Assembly: GCF_009834535.1 (NCBI RefSeq) | Contig: NC_045701.1 | Coordinates: 73,470,001 to 73,534,000, forward strand | Direction of reading: 5' to 3' | DNA: 64,000 nt | From: Camelus ferus | Taxonomy: Eukaryota | In this document: piece after piece, positions 49,301 to 61,859 of the stretch | Position numbering within the stretch: the first letter of the stretch is position 1 | Layout of the letters: each line of letters starts with the position of its first letter | Translations under genes and position numbers: made by a program | Notes under the pieces: model-generated | Told to the model about the DNA's origin: nothing | The model's database searches: none | What the model saw: only the letters and a program-made list of their open reading frames with translations

Positions 49301-51395
49301 AGATGCCACTTAAGGAGCTCTTTAAATTACCTGTATTTGTAGCAATTCTGCCTCTAAAGCCAGTATTTTCCACATCTCTCTTTACGTTCTTCTTTCTTAT
49401 CGAAGCATTTGCATGTAGAATAAAGAGGATAAAAGCATGAAAAAACAAAGGCAGGTTTGTTTCTTCTGAGAGCATCTGTCCTTGCTTTAAAGGACCTGCA
49501 TTTTCTCCCGGTGCTCACACAGTTTGCTGTTGCGAAGGAGACAGTTGTATCAATCCGAAACCTGAATTAAATAAGAAAATAAACAGTGCTGTCCAATCAG
49601 CCGAAATGTAGGGAAAAGTCTGTCATAATGCGTACATTTTAAACATTAGATACAGGCATACTCGCAAAGAGAGGCTGAGATTTAATATTAAGTGATTTGT
49701 TATAGAATTCTTTTTTTCTCTTAAGATTCATTGGTCTCATGGCATCATTACTCAACTCTGGGTGTTTTTGGTCCATTCTAACTTTCTTCACTGACCTCTC
49801 AGGATTTCTATAAGTTTGGATTGCAGTTGGGGTATAAGTACATTCTAAAAAATACTAAACACAAATGACCTGCTGAATACCTTGTGATTAAAATAAACCT
49901 TTCCACTTTGAAAGCCTGTTTATTTTCCAAGGAGGAAATCTCCCCAAACTTCAGCTACTATCAGAACCCTTATAACCAGCACTGAATAGGAGCACTAATT
50001 ACTCAGAATTAAAGGGCACAGTTTAAAACTACCCAGCTCAACAGATCTCTATCCAAGTGATGCTCTTTTTCCCTCTTCTCCCCTAAACAGTATGTAATTT
50101 GGTCTTGGAGGTAAAGGAGAGGGGAGAGTGGCTAATAAAAGGTATATAATAAAAATTTCAAAATTACTTGAAGATGTATTATTGCCTTTATTTGATGGTT
50201 TCCAATGATCTAGGTAGACATCAGTTATTCAGTAAACACTCATTAAAGCAGCTGCTACGTACCTGGCCCTGTATTCCTCTATGTTGGAGCCAAGTGTGCG
50301 GTCTTCTGAAATATTACAGATGCATAACATCCATAGAGATGTGTTGCCCAGTTACATATTTCATCTGTTTTTTGTTTTTACAAATTATTTCCAGAACTAA
50401 GGCTTTCCATATATTGACGGACTAATCCAGGAAGATTTAAGGGGCATCCTCCTTCATGGGATCAGCTGTCCCTGTAGAGAGAGCAAACTTGGCCTAAGTT
50501 TTCTGGTTCTTTGCAGCCTTTGTCTTTAAACTTACATCTCAGTTCAATGGCAAGTGAAATGTAACACCCCCTCCACCCCATCACTAACTGAATTGTTTTA
50601 ATACCTTGGTGTTTATCTTGCCAGCTTTTGCGCCTAAATGCTGTCATTCCTTATTGCATCTGAGTCTTCCTAGGGTTCACTTGAACATCTTGAACATTAT
50701 CTCAAGTATCTTGATTATGGATCTTTGGAGACAACTTGATTGATTCCTTTGCTTAGTGGCACGTTTCACTGAATATAAGCCTGGGGCCCATCACATTCCC
50801 TTCAGGAGCATTATTTCTAGTGGGGTTTAAACCGTAGCACTATGATTGTTGTGACAGTTACTGTTGTGATTTCTGTGGTCACTGCATTCTGATAAGACCA
50901 CGGGTTAATGGAAATGTCAAGTTCAAAGCACATATCGCAGAACTCTTTTTTCCATCCAATTGGTGGATACTCTTCAAAAGCCAAACTGGTGTAATATGCC
51001 TACCTGACCAAACGAGTATGAAGAAATGGCTGACGAATTTCCTGTATCTTCAAGAAATTCGTCTGAAGTCTAAGATTTGGGGAAACAAAATGACAGCTGA
51101 CTACTATTTCCTGTAAATGTTCACTTAATGCCATTGGCATTTTAAATGTCTTGTATCTATAGTTAAAGGAGAGCACTTATGTGTTATTGTCCATTACGTT
51201 TCAATTGAGATTGTGCATTTGGGGACTACTGCGGAAGACCCTGTTGGACCCGTGTAACTCAGATGGACTTTGGAGGGATATGATTCCTTGAATGCTACTG
51301 GGTCATGTGCACCAGTGTGGCTTTGACAACTCTGATTTGCCATGAGTGTGACTTTCAGCATTGATTCTAACTTTGACACTTACCACCGCCCCTAG

Positions 51396-51515
51396 GCAAA
51401 GGACCAGAGACCCTGTATGCAGGGCAGAAGCTCAATGACAACGAATGGCACACCGTTCGGGTGGTGCGGCGAGGAAAAAGCCTTAAGTTGACCGTGGACG
51501 ATGACGTGGCTGAGG
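51396..51515 (+). CDS. NRXN3: Neurexin-3 alpha coding exon (LNS4, immediately after splice site 3), 120 nt, phase 1-1
   Basis: Bounded by cctag| and |gtgagt. Translates (G)[39 protein letters not shown](G), a recognisable neurexin LNS4 segment with NRXN3-type residues (LYAGQKL, DDDVAEG). Branch-point-like ttctaac at 51365-51371. Confidence 0.97.
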
Positions 51516-53756
51516 GTGAGTACAGCCATAGTGAAATCTGTCTCTCTTTGCTCTCATCCTCCTCTTGGTCATTCAGGGAAGAAAGGCTTTTTTTTTTTTT
51601 TCTCCAAAACCTTTTATTTTGCTGAACGGAAGTCATATGTCTTGCTCTCTGTTGACAAGCTCAGGTAGGCTAAGAAGATCTTCCTCTGTGTTTTCATAAT
51701 CCCTTGTCATTGATCTGCATTGTAGAACGTATCCACTACTGTGATTACATACATCCTTAGGCATAGTGTATGTGTCTGGAGAACAGATGTAGAGGTCTAC
51801 AGATCCTTCTGTTATTCAGTTATTTGAACCCAATTTACCAGTCATCGTCCTATGTGCCGGTTCCTTCCCTTAATGAATGAGTCACTCTGCAGGAGAGGGA
51901 GATGGAGAAGCCAGAAATCCGGAACATTATGGTACAGTTAAGTACCTAGAGCTGTGTATGATACTTAGAAGGTGCTGAATAATTATTCATTTATTTAATA
52001 ACTTAATCATTATTAATTAAGTTACCTACTCTGTACTAAGCACTGCTTTAGAAGGCACTGGGAATATGGTGATAAACAGGCAAGTCCTTGGTCTGGTGGA
52101 ATTTACATTCTAGGAGGGCGAGGAATAAGTGGATAAATCCATGCATATGTAAAGGAATATTCAGAGCCTCACACGAGCAGTAAGTATCTCGTGACAGCCT
52201 GTTGTATGTCAGCTGTGTGCTAGGACTGTAGGAGATACAAAGGAAGCTCACAAGACTACCTGTTTCCTCAAACAGTGAGCCAGTTTTGTAGATTAGATAG
52301 GACTCGGGTATTTGAAAAATAAAACAGGGACTATGTAATGAGATTCTAATTTGGGTGGATAAGATCATAATTGTCAATCAGAAGAGAAAATTATCAATTT
52401 GGGCTGGAGAAATCTAGAGTGGTTTATAAAGGGTGATCTTTAGGCAGAATTTGGTGGGCAGTTTATTAAGGTCTAGGAAGGGAGAGCGGGGACATCTTCA
52501 AGCACATCTTACACGCTGCATTCTGTAAGTTAATACTCTCCAATGTACACTTCTAGAGCAGTGCTTGTGTGTTACACAGACTTCTTGTCCACGTGGGAAA
52601 GGAAGCCTCGGGGCAGCACAGGAATTACATGGGACACTGCTGGCATCAGGAGACCTGGGCCTGGATGCTAATTCTCTGCAGGACGTTGGGAAAGTCACTT
52701 ACCTTTTCTGCACCTGTCAAATGAATTCAGGGGCCTAAGCCATCGCAGCAATGTCTCCCATGAGTAAGACACTCAGATTATAGTCAGAGGCCCTGGGGTT
52801 TAGTACAGTCATTGTCATTGAAATGCTTTATACCTTTGGGATAAATATACTAAACCCCATTTTCCTCATTTCCTTGTTTTTAAACTTGAAATTCTATTAC
52901 TGCTGAAGTATTTTTAGCATAAACTTTCTGCAATCTTGGGTTCTGTACTTTAATTTTATAATCATGAGCCTGAGCTTCTATGCTTCTGGAGTAAGGAATT
53001 ATAGTGAGCCATGTATGTGTGTGCAGACAGGAGTACGTGTGCGTGGAAGTCGTGGAGGAGAGTCTGTGGACAGAGGGAGATCATTTCACTTGTGTCCAGC
53101 ACCTAGCTGCTGTTAGATCCTGGGTTAGCTGTTTTACACATATCACCTCCTTTAATCTTCCGTCGTGTACCCTTGCCTTGCAAATTAAGTGTTCCTATTA
53201 TCATTTTACGTCGAGGGAACGTGAAATTACAGGGAGTTGTGTAATTAAGCTCCAAATTCATGTCTGTGTGATTTGACCAAACCAAGCTGCTTGTTAGACT
53301 TCATAATTCATCATAAGAAAACGATGTATCTTTTACTATAGGTAAAATATAATGGAATAGATTGAGGTGAGGTGAGGAATACATGTCAGTAGGTAGACAA
53401 CAATACCCATCCTTTCCCCTCCCAAAACGAAGACAAACAGAATTACAACTATCCAAAACCCTCCAGTTGTACGTAGACATAACTTAGTAGTGGGAGGTAA
53501 AGTTGCTGTTCTATGTGCCTGAAGGGTAGATTAGCTTTGGGTAATGAGTGTAAGCAAAGAGGCATAGAAATGGTTGGAAGCTTTAGAACCCACAGCCAAC
53601 CTGCATTAATTATTTGAGAGCTCCCCATATAGCGTTAGTGCAGACAGGAGCCTACAAAGGCAGTAGCAATACATCCCACATCCCTTGCTAACCCCTCTGC
53701 GTTTGGCCCAGGAAAGCCAACAGCGATGCTACTTACAGCATGTTTTGAATAAGCAG

Positions 53757-53770
53757 CCACTAGATGGCAG
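53757..53770 (+). promoter_or_regulatory. Strong CTCF motif (forward)
   Basis: CCACTAGATGGCAG, exact match to CCASYAGRKGGCRS, within gcagCCACTAGATGGCAGcc in non-repeat sequence. Confidence 0.7.
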
Positions 53771-55532
53771 CCTCACCCCAATCTCGCCCAGCAACGAGTT
53801 CCTTTTATTTCCGCAGGGAAATTATATGCCCTGAAAGCGATGGTCATAAAGAACTGCAGGACTGAGGGTACAGTAATGTGTATTGCCTTCCTCAGTCTTA
53901 TTCTTTTATAGAAACTTCAGAACAAAAGTAATTATAAAGTGTGCTTTCTCTTACCACTAATAATTAAAAAGCAGGATTAAACATGGATGCCCAAGTCATC
54001 CATTTGATATTTGAAATTAATGAAGCGCTTTCATTTCCTGCCTCACCCCCTACCTTGCTGTTGATGGAAAAAAGCAGCCATAAAGATACAGAAATTTGGT
54101 AGAAGAAAAGAGCTGTTTCACTTATGAGCCACAACCTTGGATTGCTTCTTACAGTGATAAGGGGCTTGGGAATTTTAATTTTAGCTCACAGATGTCATAA
54201 AATCAGGCAATGAAACCAAAATACCACACAGTCCTCAGGCTATTAAATAGTATCTTACTGGCTTATTTTGTAATACCTTTCATGCTGTTAAATGTCCCCT
54301 GGGATGTCAAATTTTCAGCTAGTTTGTAGAAATGCTGCAAAGAATAGGTCAGACTCATAAGAAATCAAAAGCAAGGAAAGAAGTAGTCCTCAGCCTGGTG
54401 GTTTTCATTTATTGTAATATAATCTATTCCTGGAAAAAGATTAAGTTCAGATGACCGTTAATAAGGATGGATTGATTAATTGATTGATTGAGCTGGATTT
54501 CTGTTACCAAGAATAAATGGAAAGGACACCTCACTTGGGCTGTGCTCCTCAGCATTGGGACCTAATGCTGCAGGAACCACCCACTCCACGCAGAATTTCT
54601 TGCTAGTTCAGAAATTCACCCTTATTTTGACTCCTCTGAGCCACACTGACTTTTCCCTTTCCTTCCCTCACCCTGCACGGCACATACAGCACCGAGCAGT
54701 AAAATGTCATTTTCCAAGGAAAGCGTGTTTCTCACGTTAGTAAAAACACGATGAGATTGATTTAGGAAATATTAGGTTAAACAAAATGAAGGTAGCCTTC
54801 TTCACTGAAGGACTTACTAGGAGCCTTTAATATATTAATACACATTGCTCATCTCCAATAATTATGTGTGCAGTGTTTGCCCAATATATTTGGCTCAAGG
54901 AACTTTTTTTTATTATGAAAGTATTTTACAGCATACACTTTTGAAAATGGGCAAAAGGCTGTGAGTGTGGCTGGAGAATTGTGGGTAAAATGTGCTTTCT
55001 TTACCAAGACTTTATAAGCCTTTGTTTTCTTAATTCCTCTCCCCAGCCTAGGAGCCAGGGGAGGTTAAGTTGCCTCCTCTAAGCCTTTCCCTTGGTTTCT
55101 TTGCTAAGCTCTCAGTGTTGGCTGGCTCTCACTGTTGACTGCAAAGCAGTTGTCTCAGATACAGCCTCCTTCCCTAGATGTAAGGGATGCTTGCTGATCC
55201 CAGGCCTCTCTGCCAGACACTGCGGGGCACACGGAAGAGGCAAGAAGTGGCTCTCTACTTAGAAAGAACTTGGGTTCTGGTAAAAGAGAGAAAACAGTAA
55301 CTGAAGGCACCAGGAGATTCTTAACACACTTCAGAGAAAAGGGAAAAATGAAAGCCGCATGTTAGTAATAGTTCCCACTTTGAGCTCTAGACACCGTTCT
55401 GAGCACTTAATATGCACTGTTAGATTTTATCCTGATACCTTCATCCCAGTTTCACAGACGGGAAACTGAGGCACAGAAAAGTTATATAACCTAGGAGGTC
55501 CAGCCTCAGAGTCTAGATGCTCTTCCATTTAA

Positions 55533-55767
55533 TTTTATTTATTTTTAAAAAAATTTATTGAAGTATAGTTGGCTTACAATGTTGAGTTAATTTCTGATAT
55601 ATAGCATAGTGATTCAGTTATACATATAGATCTATATTCCTTTTCATATAGGCTATTACAAGGTATTGAATATGGTTCCCTGTGTTCTACAGTGGGACCT
55701 TGCTGTTTATCTGTTTTATGTAGAGCAGTTAGTGTCTGCAAATCCCGAACTCCCAGTTTATCCCTCC
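55533..55767 (-). mobile_element. 5'-truncated L1 3' end, artiodactyl type (comparatively young)
   Basis: tttattgaagtatagttggcttacaatgttg...gtgattcagttatacatat...ggctattacaaggtattgaatatggttccctgtg...aatcccgaactcccagtttatccctcc. Confidence 0.85.
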
Positions 55768-58718
55768 AGTTTTTGTTCTCATCAGACTTCAGTACTCTGA
55801 GGGCTTGCCTGTAAACTGCTTGCTGGCCATCAGTGAAACCTGGGAATGCATGTGCGAAGAGGGACCAAGGTGACATGGCTGTTCCGGGGAAGGGGCTGGC
55901 TGTATTACCCGTGCATTAGATGGAATGACAGTAGAACTCTTGGCCCCTGGAAAGGAGTGTGAACTCATCACAGCAGCTTCTTCGTGAAAATGTCACCAGT
56001 TAAATTCCACCTGCAGCTGTTCTTGGACAACACTGTAAGGAATGTCAAGCTGTTTGTCCCACAGCAGCATGGTGTACAAGAGAGCTGGGCTTTTGAATGA
56101 AACACACCTGAGTTCAGTTTGTGGGTGTCTACCATTTATAACCTGTATGAACTTTGATCAAATTGCTTGACCTCTCTAAGCCAAGTATCGTCACCTCTAA
56201 AACAAGGTGGTGTTGCCTGTCTACCATTTTACCCATGATAGTGGCATTTGATGGTGGTTATGAAGTGCCCAGCATGGTGCCTGACATATAGGGACTATTC
56301 AGGAGTCTTGGTTTTTCCTGGTTATTTTTGTCTCAAGTTATTCCTCTTTCCCCTGAAATTTGGAAGCAACTGCTGTGAAGCATGCATACAGTCTCCTTTT
56401 AAGTGGGAGGAGTTTTAGTTTACAGAGAGCAGTTGGAAGAGATGAGTGACATGGTTCTTGGTTACTAATACTGATTAGGAGATACACAGGCTTTAAAAAA
56501 TATTTGTTTGCTTCATTTGGCACAAATTTCAAAGTTGAAGCAATCTCTTTAATGCTTTTTCCAGGTGCAATAGCATACTTTTTTTGAAACCTCCATCTTT
56601 AGCCAAGGGAATTCCTTTAGCACTCAATGAAGCCAATTCCTTTTCTAATTTGGCCACATGTCACCTTCTCCGCTCCCCCCGCCTCCTCCCCTAACTTCTA
56701 GTTGAAACTCTCGGAGTCACCCTAAACTTTAAATCAGTCTGTGTCCCTAGGCTACGTTCTTAAATTTCATTATTAGCTTCCCTTTTCTTACCAAGCCTTT
56801 CTTATCCAAGCCTTTCTTCATTCTCTCTTCTATCTCAGTCAACACTGTTCATGATTTTCTTGCTTTATGAAGTTCACATTCTAGTGAGCAGAATTTCCTA
56901 AACCCTCAAGTCTAGAGGCCAGTTTATCCATAATTTCTGTAAAAACTCCCAATTGACTTTAAAATGATCTCCTCAGGTTCCTTTTGGAACGCTAGTCTTC
57001 ACCAGGGATCACCTCGTTATCACCTCTTAGTTCTCATCACTGATATATTTTTAAATTTTTTTTTGCTGTAAAATAGGAATTGGCATGACTCCCCACATCC
57101 TCATAGTTCAGTTCCTGTGTCCTCATTGAGACTGGCTGTAATTTCCCCCTTCCCCATCGTTTTCCATCCGGTCTCAGCCCCCAGTCTCCAGGCCTAGTGT
57201 GAACATCTGTAGCCAAACTGACTTTGGGTATTTGTTTCAGTCACTTCATTGATTAGAGCCTGTGGACTTAGGTTATGCTAGTTTGCATTTTCATGACCAG
57301 TCTAATTTTCAATACTAAGTGATTTTATGCAGTAATTCTTTCTTCTAGTTATTCAGTTGTTAGCAGATTTATGTTGCATCTTGATTTTTGTTCTATTACA
57401 ATTTTGTATTTAAGTTAACCAACATCATTAGTTTATTTCTACTTATATTAAGAGAATGATTTGTCACTAGTTGTCAAAACACCACATGGAAGCTCATAAA
57501 ATGTAAATTTGATTATTGTACTTATGAGAAAATCTTTGAATTAGGTCTGAGTATGCTCCCAGAGAGATGAAATTAATATTGAGCATCCATGGGTGTGATC
57601 TGGTTATATATCCCAGATATTGAAGTTGAAGGAAACCAAGAAAATATGACCCCCTTCCCTTCTTTTATTTTTGTCACTTGAGTTCTGCATCAATCGAGAA
57701 AAGCAAATGCAAGCCTGGTGGAAATCAAATATCATTTTTATTACTGACAACACTGATGGTGAAAAATGTGGTTTACAGGTACTGAACTTCAGAATTAGAA
57801 TTGCCCACTCAAACACTAATTCGGGACTCGGGTAGGCATCTCTACTGAAGCAAGGCTAGCTCCTCTAATACCCAGGCTGTGCATGAATGAGTGGGGTAAA
57901 CTGGGTGTTTCTTGAAGGCAGCTTGCTCCCCTGAGGGACATGACAGAGCTGAGCTATGCACATACGGTTCTCTTTGCAGGCTGTCCTTACTCTTTCAGAT
58001 TTTGTCACTCCTTTTTCTTTGGAAAGCTGTAAATGAGAGAGTGAAGAGATGTAGGAGCTTCTTGTTAGTGGAATTTCTTTAAAGAGGAAGGTACCAACAG
58101 GAGAGGGCCAGAAGAGGGAAATTTCTGCTCCTTCTTACCACGGGGGCATTAGGACATGGTTTGTTAAATTTTAATATGATTTATTAAAGTAAATGCTGGG
58201 AGGGAGCCACCTTCTACTCCGGCCACACTAATGCTATTTTTCTTCACTTTTGTTAATAATATTTCTAGTCTCTCTGTATTTATTTCAAGCCCTCACTACT
58301 CCTGCCCCAGCCACTCACTATTTGTAGGTAAATCAGATAAGGAGAGGTCTAATAGTTTATTTCTTTTAGCTGGAGATCCTTTAGCTGCACACGAGACACC
58401 CAACCCAAATGGTTTAAGCGTAAGAGGGAATCTGTTACCATGTAAGTTTTAAAAGTCCAGATTTGGTCGGCTGAATCCAGGTCTTCAAGTGACATCATTC
58501 TGCAGAAGCCCTTTCTCTCCATTTTTCGGTTGTTTCCTGGGAGGGCTATTTCATCAGGCAGGCCCAATCCCCCTGGTTATCACATGGTCTCCAGAGGCCC
58601 TGGGTTTTTGTCTTACCTCTTCAGAAAGCCTTATTTGCAAAGAGCGTATCTTTCATAAGTGTTCCAGCAAAATCCCTGGGGGTGAATATTACTGGACCAG
58701 CTTGGGTTGCTGCTAATT

Positions 58719-58854
58719 CAGTGGTTCTAAAGGTGGTTCCTAGACCAGCCACATAAATATCACCTTGGAACTTGGAGATGCAGATTCTCAGGCTGCACCC
58801 CAGACTTTTGCGGACTGTGTGATTCAGATGCATGCTGAAGTTTGAAGACCACTG
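58719..58854 (+). mobile_element. MER5A-like MITE (internally deleted)
   Basis: cagtggttctaaaggtggttcc ... aagtttgaagaccactg, flanked by 8-bp tgctaatt / tgttagtt (6/8, decayed hAT-type target-site duplication). Confidence 0.75.
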
Positions 58855-59525
58855 TGTTAGTTCACAGACTGTGCTCTATGGCTAGAGGTGTAAAAATACA
58901 TTGGGCGGTTCAGTCTGGGTGGCTTGATTACTTCAGGAGCTGGGATGGGGTCACCTTCGTCCAGCCAAGATGGTTTAAAGGTGAAGTGGGGAGGGTAGCT
59001 TCCCAAAGGAAAAGTAGGTGTTATTATCAGAAAAAGCAACAGTTGCTGGTCAGATAAAATTAACACATTTCTACAATACAACCTTTTCCGCAAGTACTGG
59101 GTGATGAATTATTGCACCAAGAAATACTTGGTAATGAATGCCTAAGGCTTGCTTGTTTTATCTTTGCAAGGGTTAGGGCAATAAAACCTTTTCTTCTTAT
59201 AGTATGTATTGGTACCCAGTTATTTTCCTGAATGGCGAAAACTAATAGTTTGATCCTTTAACTTGAATTAGCCACCATCTCATATTTTCCTTTATGTGAT
59301 AGGGCGTTCAGAGCAGCTGCACTGGATGCAGGGCACATAACTTGGACAGGGCCAGTGATCAGCTCTCCCACTGGGGCCAAGTCAGACATATACAATATTG
59401 AGTATTTTTGTTTCTGGAACTGAATATTTTGTGTGGAAACAAATTAGACCTAAAAGATGGAGTAGGGGTGCTGTGACAAAGCACAACAACTCTTCCTGTT
59501 TGTGTCTCCCCTATGATTTTCATAG

Positions 59526-59907
59526 GTACAATGGTGGGAGACCATACTCGCTTGGAATTCCACAACATTGAAACTGGGATCATGACCGAGAAACGGTACA
59601 TCTCCGTCGTCCCCTCCAGTTTCATTGGCCACTTGCAGAGCCTCATGTTTAATGGGATGCTCTACATTGACTTGTGCAAAAATGGAGACATTGATTACTG
59701 TGAACTGAAGGCTCGTTTTGGACTGAGGAACATCATCGCTGACCCTGTCACCTTCAAGACCAAGAGCAGCTACCTGAGCCTGGCCACCCTCCAGGCCTAT
59801 ACCTCTATGCACCTCTTCTTCCAGTTCAAGACCACCTCTGCTGATGGCTTCATCCTCTTCAATAGTGGTGACGGCAATGACTTCATTGCTGTTGAGCTAG
59901 TCAAGGG
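59526..59907 (+). CDS. NRXN3: Neurexin-3 alpha coding exon (end of LNS4, start of LNS5), 382 nt, phase 1-2
   Basis: catag| ... |gtaagt. Translates [126 protein letters not shown](G). In frame with the previous exon. Confidence 0.98.
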
Positions 59908-60697
59908 GTAAGTGGGAGAGAGCACACAGTTCATGCTGGATATCTTAGCTCAAGCCCTGCATGAAATATGGGCATGAAGTGTCCATTCTACTCTCTACCC
60001 TCTATTCCTGATATATGCTCTCATCTTCATTGATTAATAATATCTCTGTAATGATTAAGTCTAGAAGGGAGAGAAATTAATGAGTTTATTTAAAGATCTT
60101 CTCCTAACTCAATACTATCAGGCTTTTTACTATGAAATGTGGTCCTTTAAACCTATGATAAAAAAGCTTTTTTTTTCTTTTTCTTTGCAAAAGAGGGATG
60201 TGGGATGTATTGCATCTACTTCTGGGACAGTATAATACAACTATCAAATTTATAGGAAGAAATGAAATATAGATATTTTCAGGACTACTATTAGCCCAAA
60301 TATGCAGATTTTAAAAAGCTGTTCTTGTTTCAAGATACTTTACTACTATGTTGGGAAATAGTCAAAACAGAAGCAAAAAAACAGAACCCCCCCCCAAACA
60401 CATCTATGATTGACTGTGAATTTAAATGTTGCCTCCTAGTGTTTTGAAGTGTACCGCCTGTGTAGTCTGGAGTTTTGTTAGGTAGTGTTAAAGAAACAGA
60501 TTCAATGAGTATAGAGTTAAAGTGAAGTCTGGTAGAACAGGATCTGACTATTCTTGTATTCCTAAATCAAGCTTAATTTTCTTGTATGACGCCAGTCTAG
60601 CTTGGGGGATTTGAAGCTCCCGATGTCAGTTATATACACGTTGCATTAAACCACTCCAGGGAATCTAAAGTCATCGAGTGCTTGTGGTCCCTCACAG

Positions 60698-60888
60698 GTA
60701 CATACACTACGTGTTTGACCTCGGAAATGGTCCCAATGTGATCAAAGGCAATAGTGACCGTCCCCTGAATGACAACCAATGGCACAACGTCGTCATCACC
60801 CGGGACAACAGTAACACCCACAGCCTGAAAGTGGATACTAAGGTGGTCACTCAGGTTATCAATGGTGCCAAAAATCTGGACTTGAAAG
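60698..60888 (+). CDS. NRXN3: Neurexin-3 alpha coding exon (LNS5 core), 191 nt, phase 2-1
   Basis: cacag| ... |gtaaac. Translates [63 protein letters not shown](G). Frame is continuous. Confidence 0.98.
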
Positions 60889-61685
60889 GTAAACCTTGTA
60901 AAGAAGTTTATCCTTTTTAGAGCATGTCTTACAATTGAAAGGCTGTTCCCAGAAGTAAAGTACAGTTGAGGAGCACCATGCATTTTTGATACATCATGCC
61001 CATCCTATTTTAACAATGTTGAATTATATCATGATGCAATTTATTCAGTTTTTACTTAGACCACTCCTCAGGGGTGGATTTGCTGTCTCTGTAAACCTTG
61101 GGCATGTTGGAACTGAGTGATGGGGTTATAAACATTAGAATGTGAAGGGGTCATAATACACAGGAAAGAATATCTATAGGTTTTGGAATCTCAACTGAAT
61201 CATTTACTGCCTGAGTGACTTTAGTAAAAATTTTTAGCCTTGTTCAGGCTTCTATATACTTTTTTGCAAAATGAGGATAATAATTGTTACTACCTTTATG
61301 GGCTGTTAGGAGTTTTGATGGAATAATGTCTGTAAAGTCCTCAGCTTATTATTGGTAACAAGCACATAAAAAGCACTCAGTACATGGTTGTTTTGTTGAA
61401 AATGTTATTAATCTTTACATAAAATGGGAACAATACCTACCTCATACAATGGATATGGTGATTAAAATTTGTGAGATGATGTATATAAAATGAATAACAC
61501 ATAAGAAATGTTAGTTTCTTCTTTTTACAGGGCAGAAACTCTGGTAATTATTTTTTACACTGGTCCCCCCCCCCCCCAGGCTGTGTTATCATTATCTAGT
61601 GCATAGTCTGAAGTGCACTGGCGTTGGTCGATGTGGTTTCCATACCCCTCACCCATTTACTGTTACTACCTATTTTCCTTTGCAG

Positions 61686-61859
61686 GTGACCTCTACATGG
61701 CAGGTCTGGCCCAAGGCATGTACAGCAACCTCCCAAAGCTCGTGGCCTCCCGGGATGGCTTTCAGGGCTGTCTGGCATCAGTGGACTTGAACGGACGCCT
61801 GCCAGACCTCATCAACGATGCTCTCCATCGGAGTGGACAGATCGAGCGTGGCTGTGAAG
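61686..61859 (+). CDS. NRXN3: Neurexin-3 alpha coding exon (end of LNS5), 174 nt, phase 1-1
   Basis: ttgcag| ... |gtacaa. Translates [57 protein letters not shown], including the LNS cysteine pair (FQGC...RGC). Confidence 0.97.

Larger units (their letters stand above)
1..51395 (+). other. NRXN3: 3' portion of a very large NRXN3 intron (upstream exon lies outside the window)
   Basis: No neurexin-like coding sequence found upstream of 51396. The region is dominated by repeat relics and its ORFs are short and non-coding-like. Confidence 0.85.

Noticed and set aside
1-51395. NRXN3 SS3 microexon (DCIRINCNS-type, 27 nt) and the preceding LNS4 exon
   Set aside because: Searched by eye and not found; they presumably lie upstream of the window.
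51353-51395. Alternative upstream acceptor tttcag at 51357-51358 extending the LNS4 exon
   Set aside because: It lies upstream of the branch point, and the 37-nt extension is not a multiple of three, so it would frameshift.
1120-53375. Canonical zero-length recursive splice sites (pyrimidine tract + YAG|GTRAG) in the giant intron
   Set aside because: The AG|GTRAG instances I found (about 1126, 2609, 44592, 47076, 53367) lack an immediately adjacent pyrimidine tract.
61565-61579. C13 run followed by AG as a cryptic acceptor
   Set aside because: It would add 106 nt (frameshift), no branch point is evident, and homopolymer length is error-prone.
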